55,741 nucleotides of DNA. Source: a virus (taxonomy: Duplodnaviria > Caudoviricetes). Both the position numbers and the translations under genes were made by a program. Numbering within the stretch: the stretch's first letter is position 1; each line of letters opens with the position of its first letter. Below the pieces are notes generated by a model, which saw only the letters and a program-made list of their open reading frames with translations, did no database searches and was not told the DNA's origin. Of the stretch, positions 54,843 through 55,741 are shown piece by piece. The DNA lies in IMG/VR virus record IMGVR_UViG_3300043473_000044, positions 1 to 55,741 of that record; one strand, 5' to 3'.

Positions 54843-55741
54843 TTATGCCACTTTTTTCTGAACCGTGAGGAGATCGCGGTATCGCTGCTGCATCGCCTCG
54901 GCCTTTGGCCCCTTCCAATATTCTGAGGTAGGATCGCCCATCATCTTCTGCATGCCCTGCATCTCGTTTTCAATTGCCTGTGCTGCGTTCACGCCAGAGC
55001 CGGGCACCACGGTCGCCATCGGATTGATTTCGCGCGAAAGGGAAGCCAGCCAGCGCAACGTGGCAGGATCGTTACCGATCTTGGTACCGTCGGCCAACCG
55101 ACCCCCCATGATCTGATCCTTGACGCCAGCGGGAGCGGTATCAAGCAAGCCGGTTATCAGATTGATGTTCAGCTTGTACTCGCTGCCCCAATCCTTTCGG
55201 AGAACTTCCTCCCCCGCGTTTTGCGAAGCACGATCCTGCTCCGCGCGATCGTCAGCCATCTTCTGATCAATCGCCTGACGCCACTCGACCATCTTCGATA
55301 CCTGCGCCGGGGTCATGTTCATGTCGTGCGCGGTCTTGAAGAAGTCCGCAGCCGTTATCGGATCGGTACCGTCCGGCAACTTGACGCCGTAATCGTTTGG
55401 CGTCGCCGGTAGCCCGTTCTCCACGCGCCAGTTTTGAAGTTCTTCCGGCGTTGGGTTCTCCGGCAGCGCGGACATGAGTTCCCCACTCGATATCCGGTTC
55501 TGCGCTGCGATAAGGGCATCCATCGCATCCTTCTCGGAGGAGTATCGAGATAGCCGGGCTAATAGCTTGGCGTCGCCGTTAGCGTACTTCGAGCGCTTGG
55601 TTGCCCAATCCTCGTAGACGGGCGCTTCTGTCGTAGTTGGCGTTCCTGCTGCGGATGTTTCTGTTGAGGTAGTGGTGCCCGTTTCTGTTGTCGTTTCGGT
55701 TCCGGTGGCTTCTGCTGTTCCCGCAGGGTCCCCCGTCGTTT
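54843..55741 (-). CDS. Capsid scaffolding protein, 3' part (starts at 152 across the junction)
   Basis: G.P..P..Y, L..DWG..Y and GN.P motifs; directly upstream of the capsid gene. Confidence 0.82.
   Translation of the reverse strand, partial: TTGDPAGTAEATGTETTTETGTTTSTETSAAGTPTTTEAPVYEDWATKRSKYANGDAKLLARLSRYSSEKDAMDALIAAQNRISSGELMSALPENPTPEELQNWRVENGLPATPNDYGVKLPDGTDPITAADFFKTAHDMNMTPAQVSKMVEWRQAIDQKMADDRAEQDRASQNAGEEVLRKDWGSEYKLNINLITGLLDTAPAGVKDQIMGGRLADGTKIGNDPATLRWLASLSREINPMATVVPGSGVNAAQAIENEMQGMQKMMGDPTSEYWKGPKAEAMQQRYRDLLTVQKKVA

Noticed and set aside
55615-55741. 127-bp terminal repeat as a biological direct terminal repeat
   Set aside because: Its length equals a standard assembler k-mer and it falls mid-gene in the scaffold ORF, so it only indicates circular assembly.
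1-55741. Many antisense and overlapping ORFs in the track (e.g. 6112-6798, 41188-42030, 45507-46169)
   Set aside because: They shadow well-supported genes, lack an RBS and show reverse-frame composition.
1-55741. tRNA genes or stop-codon reassignment
   Set aside because: No cloverleaf with a T-loop was seen, and the standard code yields intact, densely packed genes using all three stops.

Overview
The window appears to be one complete, circularly assembled genome (about 55.6 kb) of a tailed dsDNA podophage with BPP-1/APSE-like organisation, most likely infecting a Proteobacterium. Bases 1-127 repeat 55615-55741, an assembler overlap that splits the scaffold gene. A long minus-strand late arm carries TerS, a fibre/appendage block, TerL, a GNAT, portal, scaffold, capsid, tail tubes, three ejection proteins and a tail fibre. 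A plus-strand replication arm carries a DUF2800 nuclease, DUF2815 SSB, PolA (L762 type), VRR-NUC and an SNF2 helicase, and a primase-helicase lies on the minus strand. The most unusual region is an early block of about 8.4 kb (11.8-20.3 kb). It has a distinct composition, is built from gene cassettes led by a repeated hairpin+RBS element, holds 17 co-oriented copies of a Chi-like 9-mer, nearly lacks GGCC, and is bounded by repeat arrays. It resembles a first-injected or terminally redundant host-takeover module. The genome also encodes four predicted immune-signal sponges (three Tad2/DUF2829, one Gp49/Acb4-like), an ejection protein ending in a catalytically dead LytM domain, and several genes flanked by duplicated start regions. 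I found no integrase, endolysin, reverse transcriptase/DGR, tRNA or CRISPR array. All family calls come from motif recognition and all counts were made by eye; no database search was run.
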